Shown piece by piece: positions 42,530 through 52,940 of a stretch of DNA of 64,000 bases. Every line of letters begins with the position of its first letter. Within the stretch, counting starts at the first letter, position 1. The position numbers were made by a program, and so were the translations under genes. Origin of the DNA: an uncultured candidate division Zixibacteria bacterium (lineage in GTDB: Bacteria > Zixibacteria > MSB-5A5 > GN15 > PGXB01); contig OY969724.1 of NCBI GenBank assembly GCA_963702205.1, positions 3,104,001 to 3,168,000 on the forward strand, written 5' to 3'. The notes under the pieces were generated by a model. That model saw only the letters and a program-made list of their open reading frames with translations. It was not told the origin of the DNA and did no database searches.

Positions 42530-42720
42530 GTAGGTCTGGTTTGAATTCCCGTTGCAACGGGAATGTAAAACCCGACGTCTTTTTGTCGGGTTTCTCGAAA
42601 TCTCGGAACCCGACCTGCTGTTTTTATTGGCTTTCGCGGGAATGACATTTTTCGTATGCAATAGGCTCAAACCGTACGTACGTTGTGCCCGGTGGGTCCT
42701 CGGACCCACCGGATTTAACA
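42530..42720. repeat. REP-like palindrome cluster
   Basis: GTAGGTC..AAACCCGAC at 42530 and inverted GTCGGGTTTCTCG..GGAACCCGACCT at 42585; same family as 12531. Confidence 0.75.
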
Positions 42721-43533
42721 TTACTTTGTCTGCGGTTCTTTCTTTTTATAATCCTCCAGAACCGTCTTCCATGAATTCCTTTCGAGGAAGCTGCCGTCGA
42801 CGTGTTCTTCCATCTCCAGGAACATTTTGTACGGAACCGAAAAAGACATGACGTTGTGATCCAGCATTTTCATGACGTACTTACGGGCCGATATATCGGT
42901 CAGGCCGATGATCGCCTGCGGATTATCGGATTCCTCTTCGTGAATCGGCAAAATACCGATCTGATGGCACCCCGCTCCGAACGGCGCGACGACGTTGACA
43001 TAACCGGACCGGGCATAATTGGCCAGAACGATCAAGGCCGAAAGCTGATCGGGGTGTACGACGAATATAAGCGATCGAGGAGTTTCGTCGAATGTAACCA
43101 TATCCAATGGTTTGAGGATGACATATTCGGCGGGCACGTCGAGCATCGGGAGATTATCAATAAATTGCTGCGCGATTTTCGGATTCTTGACATACCGTTC
43201 GCCTTCGGCCAGGTCCGGCCGCCAATCCAGCATCTTCTTGCCGATATCGGAGTTACAGAACTCGGCGTTGCCGGTCGAAATATATTCGGCGATACCGCCC
43301 GGGAAATTGACGTACTGATTGCCGAAGCCCAGACCGACCCCGCCGCCGATGCAGCCGAAGGTATTGCGGTCGGCGACAGCGACCTTACCCTTGACCGCCG
43401 CAGCCAGGAGGAACATCACGCACCCCCATTTGCCCGGAGCGAATTGCACTGCCCCATCAGGTTTTTCATCCGACCATACTATCGCCACGGGTGGGTATTT
43501 CATGCCTGTTGCTTCGTATATTTTGCTTTTCAT
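42721..43533 (-). CDS. DUF169 family protein
   Basis: WGCVM, GCIGGGVGLGFG, APFGAGC, GLTDISAR. Confidence 0.8.
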   Translation of the reverse strand: MKSKIYEATGMKYPPVAIVWSDEKPDGAVQFAPGKWGCVMFLLAAAVKGKVAVADRNTFGCIGGGVGLGFGNQYVNFPGGIAEYISTGNAEFCNSDIGKKMLDWRPDLAEGERYVKNPKIAQQFIDNLPMLDVPAEYVILKPLDMVTFDETPRSLIFVVHPDQLSALIVLANYARSGYVNVVAPFGAGCHQIGILPIHEEESDNPQAIIGLTDISARKYVMKMLDHNVMSFSVPYKMFLEMEEHVDGSFLERNSWKTVLEDYKKKEPQTK

Positions 43534-43576
43534 CCCTGTTTCCTCGATGTCTATTTGCACTAAACTCGGTTTTTTT

Positions 43577-43655
43577 GTCGGGTTTCTCTCCCGATTACAT
43601 CGGGATCGGAACCCGACCTACTATTTTCTGGATTCCCGCTTGCGCAAGAATGACA
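43577..43655. repeat. REP-like palindrome plus GGATTCCCGC..GAATGAC element
   Basis: GTCGGGTTTCTC..GGAACCCGACCTAC. Confidence 0.7.
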
Positions 43656-43737
43656 TTATACGAACATTATATATTCGTGTGCGGCAGACGCCCTCGCATG
43701 TCCTGAACTTTGAAGGGTCTGCCGCCGAACACGAAAT

Positions 43738-43809
43738 TTATAAGTCCAGCGTCGTTTGATTGCCTTTCTTTTCCAATGCCTTATATACGCGGAAGGTGTT
43801 GCGGGCGTC
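43738..43809 (-). pseudogene. Diverged duplicate of the last ~24 codons of the exonuclease gene
   Basis: Matches 43858-43929 at an offset of 120 with 5 mismatches. Confidence 0.75.
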
Positions 43810-43857
43810 GAGTGAGCGGCAGATGTCCACATCTGCCCATCTTTATTATGCATTTAC

Positions 43858-44433
43858 TCACAAATCCAGCGTCGTTTGATTGCCTTTCTTTTCCAATTCC
43901 TTATACACGCGGAAGGTGTTGCGGGCGTCATCGATGCCCCGATGCCGTACGCCTTCGAATTCCAGTCCGAGCGTTTTCATCGCCCGACTGAGCCCCATAC
44001 GCTCACCCATAATGCGTTTAAAATATATTTTTATATCATAATGATTTTCACCGAACGGATAATCAATTTTATGATAGGTACAATCCTTTTGAAACATCCA
44101 GCGGTCGAAATTGCTCCACGATGAAAATATCGCCCGGTCGAGGTCGCCGATCCAGTCAAGGAATTGCGCGAAGACAACCGGAAAATATTCCGCTGCTTCA
44201 ACGTCGCTCTGATTTATCTTAGTCAGGTCTTTGCAAAAATCGCTCAGAATCGGATTGCGGCTTGGTTTGATGAAGCGGTCAAAATCGTCGACAATTTTCC
44301 CGGATTTGAGATCGACTTTGACAGCGCCGATTTCGATTGCCTCCATCTCGTTGTCGCGCATTTCGTTACGATTCCAGCAGGTTGTCTCCAGGTCGACGAT
44401 TACCAGGTATTGTTTCTGGGTTAGAAGATTCAT
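43858..44433 (-). CDS. DEDDh 3'-5' exonuclease (KapD/ERI-1-like)
   Basis: VDLETT, EIGAV, HRGIDDA. Confidence 0.9.
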   Translation of the reverse strand: MNLLTQKQYLVIVDLETTCWNRNEMRDNEMEAIEIGAVKVDLKSGKIVDDFDRFIKPSRNPILSDFCKDLTKINQSDVEAAEYFPVVFAQFLDWIGDLDRAIFSSWSNFDRWMFQKDCTYHKIDYPFGENHYDIKIYFKRIMGERMGLSRAMKTLGLEFEGVRHRGIDDARNTFRVYKELEKKGNQTTLDL

Positions 44434-44613
44434 TGTTTGTTACAATTCACATTCCGTTGCGGCCACACGCAGCGCCCGGGCACATGTGGACATGTGCCGC
44501 GCACAATCATTGTATTTGGGTTAATAGGTTCATTATGTGATCTAAATTTGTCAGGAGCGCTCTTCGCTTCACTCAGAGTCTACGACGAGGCTTCTGACCT
44601 GCAAGAGATGCAC

Positions 44614-45636
44614 TTATCGCTTGATCCCCTTCTCCGTGATATACCCCGTCACCAGTTCGTGGGGGGTGACGTCGAAGGCCGGGGCGAAGACTTTTATGCC
44701 ATTCGGGGCAATTTGCACTCCTCCCCCGTGCGTTATTTCTTCAGATTCACGTTCTTCAATCGGGATGTTCGCACCGGTCGGAATATTTTCATCGAACGTC
44801 GAATACGGCGCCGCCACATAAAATGGAATACCGTGACGGTTCGCCTGCACCGCGACATTGTACGTGCCGATTTTATTGGCCACGTCGCCGTTTTTGGCGA
44901 TCCGGTCGGCCCCGACAATGACGCATTTGATCTTGCCTCGCCGCATAAGTTCACCAGAGGCGCTGTCAACCAGAAGGGTCACGTCGATTCCCGCCTGCTT
45001 TAATTCCCAGGCGGTCAGGCGCGCTCCCTGCAAAAGCGGCCGGGTTTCATCGGCGAAAACTTTTATTTCCTTGCCCTGTTGGTGCGCCTGATATATCGGC
45101 GCCAGCGCGGTTCCGATGCCGCCGGTGGCCAGCGCCCCGGCGTTGCAGTGGGTCAGGACGCAATCCCCGTCTTCCAGAAGCTCCGCCCCGTACCGCCCGA
45201 TGGCCGCACACATCTGCTCGTCTTCGTCGTATATGGCGGCGGCTTCATCCCAGAAGATTTTTCGGAACTGCTCGACGTCGGTTCCGTCGTACAGCTCAGC
45301 TTTCTGCAGCACCCGATCCACCGCCCAGGCCAGATTGGCCGCGGTCGGACGGGCATTCTTGATTTCATCACTAACACCTTGTAATATATTTTTCAGCTGC
45401 CCGGGCATGGCATTTTTAATTTCGGCACACGACGCCACCGCCAGCGCGTACGCCCCGGCAATCCCAATCGCGGGAGCACCGCGAATTTCAAGGCGCTTTA
45501 TAGCCCCGATTATATCGCGATAATCATCGTACTTATGATAAACAAGCTCCGTGGGCAGTCGGGTCTGATCGAGAATTTTGACGTTTCTATCGAGAGGCAC
45601 CAATACCTTAAAACCTAAATCCTCCTGTATCATCAT
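44614..45636 (-). CDS. mtnA: Methylthioribose-1-phosphate isomerase
   Basis: IRGAPAIG, RPTAANL, THCNAGALAT, ETRPLLQGARLT. Confidence 0.95.
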   Translation of the reverse strand: MMIQEDLGFKVLVPLDRNVKILDQTRLPTELVYHKYDDYRDIIGAIKRLEIRGAPAIGIAGAYALAVASCAEIKNAMPGQLKNILQGVSDEIKNARPTAANLAWAVDRVLQKAELYDGTDVEQFRKIFWDEAAAIYDEDEQMCAAIGRYGAELLEDGDCVLTHCNAGALATGGIGTALAPIYQAHQQGKEIKVFADETRPLLQGARLTAWELKQAGIDVTLLVDSASGELMRRGKIKCVIVGADRIAKNGDVANKIGTYNVAVQANRHGIPFYVAAPYSTFDENIPTGANIPIEERESEEITHGGGVQIAPNGIKVFAPAFDVTPHELVTGYITEKGIKR

Positions 45637-46049
45637 TCCCCCATTATTTGTACTACAACTTTTCGCTTGCGGCTGCGGTTGTCGAAATCGAGAAAGACTA
45701 TGTTCTGCCACGTCCCCAACTGCATCGAACCATCGACAAACGGCACCGTGATATCCGGACCGATCAGTGCCGAGCGCATGTGCGAGAAACCGTTGCCGTC
45801 GTGCCAGGTCAGATCGTGATGGTACGGCTTATCCGACGGCAGCAGCTTTTCGAAAAACTCCGGCAAATCTTCGAGCAGTCCCGGTTCGAACTCGATCGTG
45901 GTCAGGCCCGACGTCGCCGACGGCGTGAACACGGTCACGATGCCCGACTTGATGCCCGACCCGTGTACTTTCCGCACAATTTCCTCAGTCAAATTGACAA
46001 CGTGACAATAGCCTTTGGTCGAAAACGATATTTCTTCGGTCGCGATCAT
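45633..46049 (-). CDS. yjbQ: YjbQ/UPF0047 family protein
   Basis: GNGFSH, LGTWQ..FLDFD. Confidence 0.9.
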   Translation of the reverse strand: MIATEEISFSTKGYCHVVNLTEEIVRKVHGSGIKSGIVTVFTPSATSGLTTIEFEPGLLEDLPEFFEKLLPSDKPYHHDLTWHDGNGFSHMRSALIGPDITVPFVDGSMQLGTWQNIVFLDFDNRSRKRKVVVQIMGE

Positions 46050-46053
46050 ACTA

Positions 46054-47712
46054 CTATCGGTATAAATTCCTTTTTATTTTTCTGGTCGAGGTTTTCTCGA
46101 ACGGTTCGGTGCGAATCTCGAAATTGACGATACGCTTGAAGTCGGCGATGCGCTCGTTGACGGCCCGAATTTCGGACTGCATCAGTTCTCTTATTTTCTC
46201 CGGCACCGGACTTTGCTCCCCCAGCGCGATTTGGATCTGCTCCAGGCAGGGATAAATTATCGCCCAGACCTCTTCCCCCGCTTTGCCGGAGCGGGCCCGT
46301 CCGAGCACGATGGCCTCGGAGATGCAGGGAGACAAATCCAGTTCGGCTTCGATCTCTTCGGGATAGATATTCTTGCCCGCGCCCGAAACTATCAGATTCT
46401 TGGCCCGTCCGGTGATATAAATATGGCCCCGGTCGATTTTGCCAAGATCGCCGGTCATCAGCCAGCCGTCTTTTATCAGTTCCGCCGTGGCGGCCTGATT
46501 GTCGAGGTATCCCGGCGATACACTGGAACCTTTGACTGAGATTTCACCGATTCCGTTCGGACCGGGATTATCGATACGCACATCCAGACCCGGTAGTGGC
46601 GAACCGACCGATCCGAAGCGAATGTCATCGGGATGGTTTACCGAGATCACCGGTGAGCATTCAGTCATGCCGTAGCCTTCCAGAAACGTAAACCCGGCCA
46701 GGTTGAACCATTCGGCGACGCGTACCGGCAGCGGTGCTCCGCCCGAAACAAACATGCGGATCGAACTCAGACCGGCCTGCTTTCTGAGCGATGCAAACAG
46801 CGGTCGCCCGGCCTTGATTCTCGCCTTCCACGCCAGGCCACTGATTCCATGCATTGCTCCGATAAACGTCTTTTTGACGGTACCGGCTTCGGCTATTTTC
46901 CGCACGATTGAGGCATACATTTTTTCATACAATAACGGCACGGCCACCATGACCGTAATCTTGTACTTATCTATGTCTTCTTTGATCTCGCGGGATTTAA
47001 GCGACCGGGCATAGACGATGGTCAGGCCGCAAATGAGCGGCAGTAGAAATCCGCAAGTGGCCTCGAATGTATGGTGCAGCGGCAGAATCGAAAGAAATTT
47101 ATCATCGGGCAAAAGTTGAAGAGCCGTGCGAGCCGCTTTGACATTCGAAACAATATTGTCGTGTGTTAATATTACACCTTTAGGATCGCCGGTCGTCCCC
47201 GACGTAAATATAATCGCCGCCGTATCGTGCGGTTTGGTATCCGGTGAACTGTAAGTGCCCGCACTATCCGTCGAAGCGCCTCCGACCGCCCCGCCCAGAT
47301 CGACGGGCTTGATATCAAGACCATTCAATCCGATGACGTTCCGCACCGGGATCAGCCATTTGGAGGAGCAGGCGATTATTCTGACGCCCGAGATGCGCAG
47401 CAAAGCCGCCACTTCGGACTCTTTCAGGTTGTTGTCGAGAGGCACCGCGACCGCCCCGGCGGCGAGAATCGAAAGATAAAATATAGCCCATTCGGGGCAG
47501 TTGTCACCTATAATCCCGACCCGGTCCTGCCGGGCTATACCCATCCCGTTCAAAAACGCCGCAACCAGTTTTACTTTTGCCGCGACATCGCTGTATGTAT
47601 ATGCTTTATCCTGATCGGCGGCGCTGACCAGAGCCGCTTTTTCGGGATATAGATCGGCCGAAGAAAATATCGTTTCGTGGATTACATTCGGTATATCGTC
47701 CCGTTCTGACAT
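46054..47712 (-). CDS. Long-chain acyl-CoA synthetase (AMP-binding)
   Basis: FTSGTTGDPKG, EGYGMTE, TGDLG. Confidence 0.9.
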   Translation of the reverse strand: MSERDDIPNVIHETIFSSADLYPEKAALVSAADQDKAYTYSDVAAKVKLVAAFLNGMGIARQDRVGIIGDNCPEWAIFYLSILAAGAVAVPLDNNLKESEVAALLRISGVRIIACSSKWLIPVRNVIGLNGLDIKPVDLGGAVGGASTDSAGTYSSPDTKPHDTAAIIFTSGTTGDPKGVILTHDNIVSNVKAARTALQLLPDDKFLSILPLHHTFEATCGFLLPLICGLTIVYARSLKSREIKEDIDKYKITVMVAVPLLYEKMYASIVRKIAEAGTVKKTFIGAMHGISGLAWKARIKAGRPLFASLRKQAGLSSIRMFVSGGAPLPVRVAEWFNLAGFTFLEGYGMTECSPVISVNHPDDIRFGSVGSPLPGLDVRIDNPGPNGIGEISVKGSSVSPGYLDNQAATAELIKDGWLMTGDLGKIDRGHIYITGRAKNLIVSGAGKNIYPEEIEAELDLSPCISEAIVLGRARSGKAGEEVWAIIYPCLEQIQIALGEQSPVPEKIRELMQSEIRAVNERIADFKRIVNFEIRTEPFEKTSTRKIKRNLYR

Positions 47713-47832
47713 AATTAAATCTACGCAGTCGGGCCGAATTATTCAACCGGTTTAAGAAAAAAATTAAGGGCCACCCGAATGATGGCTTTTCGGATGACCC
47801 TCTCGAAACAAAACAGGAGTACAGGAAATCTA

Positions 47833-49954
47833 TTATTGGAGCGAAACCTCCGCGGTCATCGTTATGTTACCGCGCGGATCGTTATCGACTACCTGAATAA
47901 TGGCTTTTTCATCGGAAATATTCGGGTCGGCGGCGGGAGCGTTATAAAGGAATCCGTTCGCTTCACCATACTCATTGGTATGCTGCACGCCGTTGGTGAT
48001 GGTTCCGCGGCCGCTGACACCGGCTATTACCTGGTGGCCGCCGAGCGGGTTGCCCCAGCGGTCTCTAATCGTAACCTTAAACGGCACCTGCGTGCTGTAA
48101 TTGATGGAAGCGTTGATTGTCAGGGAAGAACCGTCCGAATAGGCCGAACCGGTCCACAGGGTACACGGATGAGTTACCGAGACAAAGCCCTTATAAGTTG
48201 ACGTAATCTGGTCAATAGCGCCAATGCCGTCGTCCTGCGTATCGGAGGCGCTCCAGCTGTAGTCGTTCTCGAGCGTGACGGAAGTATAGAACGACGTCAT
48301 CACCGAGGCGTTACAACCGTCCACAATGACGCCCGAGGCTACCGTCAGATAATAATTTTCAACGTCTATTTCGGTCTGATCGATGACAAAGTTGTCATTT
48401 ATGTCGCGGACCTGGAGTCTGAACTTACGATAAGCTTTGCCGTCGGCCATAACCGAACTCGGGAAAGGTTCCTCGTACCACATCGTATCGGGATACCAGC
48501 TGTTGTAGAAATAGCAGGTATCGGCTACCGTTCCGCCGCTGGTTTCGGCAATAATCTGGACAATGCCGTCTCCGCCGGGAGGGATATAACCTGACAACCA
48601 GGACGTTTCGGCAATACCCTTTTCATCGGTTGTTCTTCCCTGATGCGCCATTATGACGCCTTCATCGGTCGTGAAATAGACGGCAACTTCATTCCGCACC
48701 GGATTGTTATAAATGTCCGAAACGAGGGCTACAATATCAACGTCGCGGTTTACCCAGCCCCAGGCCTGGATGTTGCAAACCTCGGCTCCGACCACGATAT
48801 TGGCAGGAGGTCCGGCATGCACCATTAACAGGGTGGAATTGGAAAGAATACTTCCGACATAGGCGCGAATGCGAATTGTCCCTGAAACCGTCCCCGACGA
48901 AACCGGGCAATAAGCCTCACCCAGCGCATTGGTCGTGGCAATGAACGGGCCATAATCTTCGGTGCCCAGTCTCTCACCACCACCCGGACCGTCGGTAATA
49001 ATAAAAGCAATCTGGAGGCCTTCGGGCACACGGTTGCCGTTGGCATCGTAACCGGTTGCGGTCAACATGGCGGTTTCCATACCGCCGGTCGATTGTACGG
49101 CCAGACTATTGGAATCCGACATCAAATATATGCTTTCAATCGCGGCGTCGGGTGTGAGCTGCAAAGAAACTTCGGAATAACCCACGTAGTCTCCGTCGGT
49201 AATCGTCGCTTTGATATAAACCGTGACGGCATCGGTTCCGGCGATATATGTCACCGTCGCCTGACCCTGCGTGCCGCTGACGGTCGCGGTCGAGGGAATA
49301 ATGCCGATCGGGTTCCAGGTGTCGTTGTTTATGACGTCATAAATAATGCTGTCGACACCGGCCGTGAAATATCCGTTTCCATCAACGTCGCCGAACCGTT
49401 CACCCGCGGCCAGGCGGACGATGGTCCCTTCGGGAGCCGGATTGCCGCTGCCGTCCTGGACGGTTATGGTCAACTCGGCGGTGGAACTTCCGTCGGCCAA
49501 AAGAAGCGAAGGCGTCAAGGCCAAATCGATATTGCCCGAGCCGACCTGCTGACTGGTTTCCACGCTCAGCGAAGCCGTTCTGTAAATCGCGTCGCTGACG
49601 CGCGCGGTTACGGTTACGTCGCCCGTCTGGGACGCCGTGAAGGTCGTGGCGACCAGGCCGTCGGCATCACTGACCACCATCGCCGGATCGAAAGTACCGG
49701 CCGAGGTCGGATCAACCGTGAACTGTACGGCGCGGTTGGCCACCGGGTTCGTACCATCGGTTACCTGGGCTTCGACCACACAGGTGGCACCGACGCCGAT
49801 CGACGACGGATTCACGGATAGAGTGGTTACCTCAATCGATCCCGTCGCCGTATTCGAACTGGAACTGGAATCGCACCCGGACAAACAGAATATCGCGGAG
49901 GCGAGTGTCAGTAGGTACAGCAAGGATCATGAGTGGAGATTTTTTGGAATACAT
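47833..49954 (-). CDS. Lipoprotein with multiple Ig-like (invasin/Big_1-type) domains; frameshift in the signal peptide at ~49914
   Basis: Corrected N-terminus MYSKKSPLMILAVLLTLASAIFCLSGC; repeated D..GNP, T...G.A strands. Confidence 0.8.
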
Positions 49955-50050
49955 AATGACTCCCGTTAAAAACACAATATGTTTATTTCCTGATTCAGAT
50001 TTTCCTGTCTCTATTGATATTATCGGCCATTCCCGTCTTCTATTAAGCAA

Positions 50051-50076
50051 AAAAGCCCCGATAAATCGGGGCTTTT
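50051..50076. terminator. Terminator after pilQ
   Basis: AAAAGCCCCGAT-AA-ATCGGGGCTTTT. Confidence 0.7.
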
Positions 50077-50094
50077 AAGCTGAAACTGCTTTAT

Positions 50095-51378
50095 TTACGG
50101 GCCGGTGTTGGCCAGGTCATCCTCGACGATAGTCGGGGTAACGAATATGACCAGGTCGCGGCTCTCGTTGCTCTTCGTGTAATAACTGAAGAGCAGTCCG
50201 ATAATCGGCAAATCCTTCAGGATCGGAACGCCTTCGTGATTTTCCGTCTCGTCGACGGTGGTCAGGCCGCCGATAACCGCCGTCTGGCCGTTATTGACGA
50301 CGACGTTGGTCTCGGCGTTATTGGTATTGATGATAATACCGCTGACGTCCGGCTGAAGCGAGCTTCTCTCCGGCTTCAGGTGCATCAAAATTTTATTCTC
50401 GGCCGTAATGTGCGGGGTCACTTCGAGGATGGTACCGACGTCTTCGTATTCGATGACGACGTTACCGGACTGGTCAAATTGCTTGACGGGAATTCGCTGA
50501 CCCATCTGGATCCGAGCCGCCTTGTTATCGATCGTCGTGATTTCCGGATGCGCCACGAGCTTGCCTTTGCCGTTGCTCAAAATAGCCGAAACGGTGGCTT
50601 CGAGGCTCCAGTTATGCGGGAAAAACCCGACATTGTAGGAGACAAACGGCTCGGTGACCTGATCGCCTTTTTGCGTGGCGGTCTGGTCTATGTGACGTTG
50701 TGGATTCGGCACATAACTGCCGCTGGCCGTCCAGTCCACACCCAATTCCCAGGCATCCTTGGATGAAATGTCCAGAATCTGCGTGGAAATCTTGATCTGC
50801 TTGGCCGGGCGATCCAGTTCCTTGATGAAGGCCATGACGCGGTCGATGTTCTCGGGCACTTCCTGCAAGATCAAAGAATTGGTTCTCTCGTCGGCGTCGA
50901 CTTTCCCGCGCTGGGACATAAGCGACTGAACCGACGTGGAAATCTCGGCCGCGGCCGTATTGGCCAGCTTTATAATCTTAACGTCGAGGGGCGCCAGCGT
51001 CTGGCGTTCCAGATTGTGCTTGTCTACTTCCGTCTGCTCCTTGCGAAAATCTTCAGCGGGCAGAACCCGGATATAATTATCGTCTTCGAAAACAACGGCC
51101 AGGTTATAGGTGCTGCCGATTATTTTCAGAGCCTGTTCCCAGGTGACGTCGTGCAGGTTGATCGTCACGGAACCCTGGACATTGGGTGCCACGACGACGT
51201 TGACCTTTCCATAATCTGCCAGAGAGCGGATGACCGAACGAATGTCGGCCGCCTGGTATGTCAGGTTTTCGATCGGCACGGTCGGATTGTCCGGCTTGTC
51301 GATATCCTGGGCCAGGACCGAAGCCGACAAACTGAGATACATGACCACCATAAGGGTCTTCAAAATTTTGCCCATATT
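50095..51378 (-). CDS. pilQ: Type IV pilus secretin (short, without AMIN domains)
   Basis: DERTNSLI, GQTAVIGGL, GVPILKDLP.IG.LF, LVIFVTPTI. Confidence 0.9.
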   Translation of the reverse strand, partial: NMGKILKTLMVVMYLSLSASVLAQDIDKPDNPTVPIENLTYQAADIRSVIRSLADYGKVNVVVAPNVQGSVTINLHDVTWEQALKIIGSTYNLAVVFEDDNYIRVLPAEDFRKEQTEVDKHNLERQTLAPLDVKIIKLANTAAAEISTSVQSLMSQRGKVDADERTNSLILQEVPENIDRVMAFIKELDRPAKQIKISTQILDISSKDAWELGVDWTASGSYVPNPQRHIDQTATQKGDQVTEPFVSYNVGFFPHNWSLEATVSAILSNGKGKLVAHPEITTIDNKAARIQMGQRIPVKQFDQSGNVVIEYEDVGTILEVTPHITAENKILMHLKPERSSLQPDVSGIIINTNNAETNVVVNNGQTAVIGGLTTVDETENHEGVPILKDLPIIGLLFSYYTKSNESRDLVIFVTPTIVEDDLANTGP

Positions 51379-51408
51379 CTTATTCCTCACTATCGCTACC
51401 TGCCTTTC

Positions 51409-52923
51409 TTATTCATCACCGAGATGCAACGCCACGGTTCTGCTCCAGCCGTATTCGTACAACTGGAAGTATGCTTTATCTGAATCTATGCGTGAAACAT
51501 AACCCTTTTTCACTTTGTCGCCTTCACTGAGGATGTATCCGAAACCGTCCATATCTTCGAGCAGAGCCCGGTTTTTGCCGTTAGCGGCTTCGATCACGCC
51601 GACCAGTCGCAGCGCTTCGATATCGGGGACTCTCTTTTGCATCTGCGAATCGGTCTTCTTGGTATCGTCGATCAGCGTCTTGAAAGGATCACGGGACATA
51701 CCCGGAGTGTACTTGATAACCATACGGGTCGGGAATTGCGCGACAATAGTACCTTTCAATTTGGCCGGGAGGCTCGGTTGCCGACGGAAACGCGAGGTCG
51801 GTTTGGTATTTTCTGCCGGAGCGTTTCCGGGGACGATTTCCGCGGTATCCGGGGGCGTCGGGCTGGCACCGGCCAGCATGGGCTTATCCGACGACGGTGA
51901 CGGTTCTTCGGCGGTCACCGGCCTGGATTTCTTAAATGGCTTGTCTTTTTCTTTCTTCTCGGTCTTGGCAGGTTCGACCTTCTTATCACCCTGATCGGAT
52001 TTGGCCGGAGCATCATCTTTCTCAAGAGCTTCGTTCCGGTCGGGCTGATTGGGTTCGGTCGATTTCTGCGTCGGCTTTTCTTCGACAGGCTTGTCCGGCT
52101 CGTTCTGAGCTATTTCGACGGGCTTGTCGGCCTTCGACTGCATCATCCATTTCTGAGTCTGATTCTTATCAATGTCCAGAAATGAAGACTTCTGAGCCTG
52201 GTAATACGTCGCCACTTCTGGGGCCGGAGCCGGTTTTGTCACTGCCGGTTGCGGCTGCGGCGTCGGTTCGGGCTTATTGACCTGCTTATCTATTTTAGGC
52301 TCGATTTTTTGAGCCATAGGCTGATTTTCCGGCTTGTCTTCGGTCGGCGAACCCATCGACGGCGGTTCGTGTTTCGCCATCTGAGGTTTTTCTTCGACAA
52401 CGGGTTTTTTCATGTCGGATTTTTTTGTATCGCTAACCGCGACCGATTTCTCAAATGAGGCTTTGGCAGGCTGCGACTTCGATGGTTCGGTCCAACTGGC
52501 CCACTGGGGATACGGTTGGCTGTTCTTGTCCGGCAGATAAACCCAGATTTCGTTGTTTTTCTTTTCTATTCTATAGGGAACCGATTCTTTGAGGTCGAAT
52601 ACGATTCGCACGACTTTTTCAGGGCTGACCGCAAACTGGCTGGACCGGATCGAGGTCACTATTGAAGGCGGCAGGTTGTCGAAAGCTTTGCTGCCGAGGT
52701 CGTGCACGGCCGGAAATATGTCGACCAGCACCCGGTACGGTCTCCCTTCGACTTTCTCCGGAATCTCGTGGGTGTACTGGAACGGTCCGGTCGCGTATAT
52801 CTTGCATACGGTTTCCTGACCGATCTTCTCCAGCGAGACTCGGCTGACGTCGACTTCGGCCGCCATGCTTACCGTCGCCATCAGGACGACGGCAAAAACT
52901 ATATACAAAAATTTGGTTTTCAT
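51409..52923 (-). CDS. AMIN-like domain, Pro/Lys/Glu linker and PilP-like C-terminal domain
   Basis: RSSQFA...VVRIVFDL; RDPF..LRLVGVI..ALLED..G..L..GD; sits at the pilP position. Confidence 0.75.
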   Translation of the reverse strand: MKTKFLYIVFAVVLMATVSMAAEVDVSRVSLEKIGQETVCKIYATGPFQYTHEIPEKVEGRPYRVLVDIFPAVHDLGSKAFDNLPPSIVTSIRSSQFAVSPEKVVRIVFDLKESVPYRIEKKNNEIWVYLPDKNSQPYPQWASWTEPSKSQPAKASFEKSVAVSDTKKSDMKKPVVEEKPQMAKHEPPSMGSPTEDKPENQPMAQKIEPKIDKQVNKPEPTPQPQPAVTKPAPAPEVATYYQAQKSSFLDIDKNQTQKWMMQSKADKPVEIAQNEPDKPVEEKPTQKSTEPNQPDRNEALEKDDAPAKSDQGDKKVEPAKTEKKEKDKPFKKSRPVTAEEPSPSSDKPMLAGASPTPPDTAEIVPGNAPAENTKPTSRFRRQPSLPAKLKGTIVAQFPTRMVIKYTPGMSRDPFKTLIDDTKKTDSQMQKRVPDIEALRLVGVIEAANGKNRALLEDMDGFGYILSEGDKVKKGYVSRIDSDKAYFQLYEYGWSRTVALHLGDE

Positions 52924-52940
52924 AATTTTTTATCCGCCTC

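Noticed and set aside
43738..43929. DGR template/variable repeat pair
   Set aside because: Mismatches are not confined to adenines, are mostly synonymous, and no reverse transcriptase is in the window
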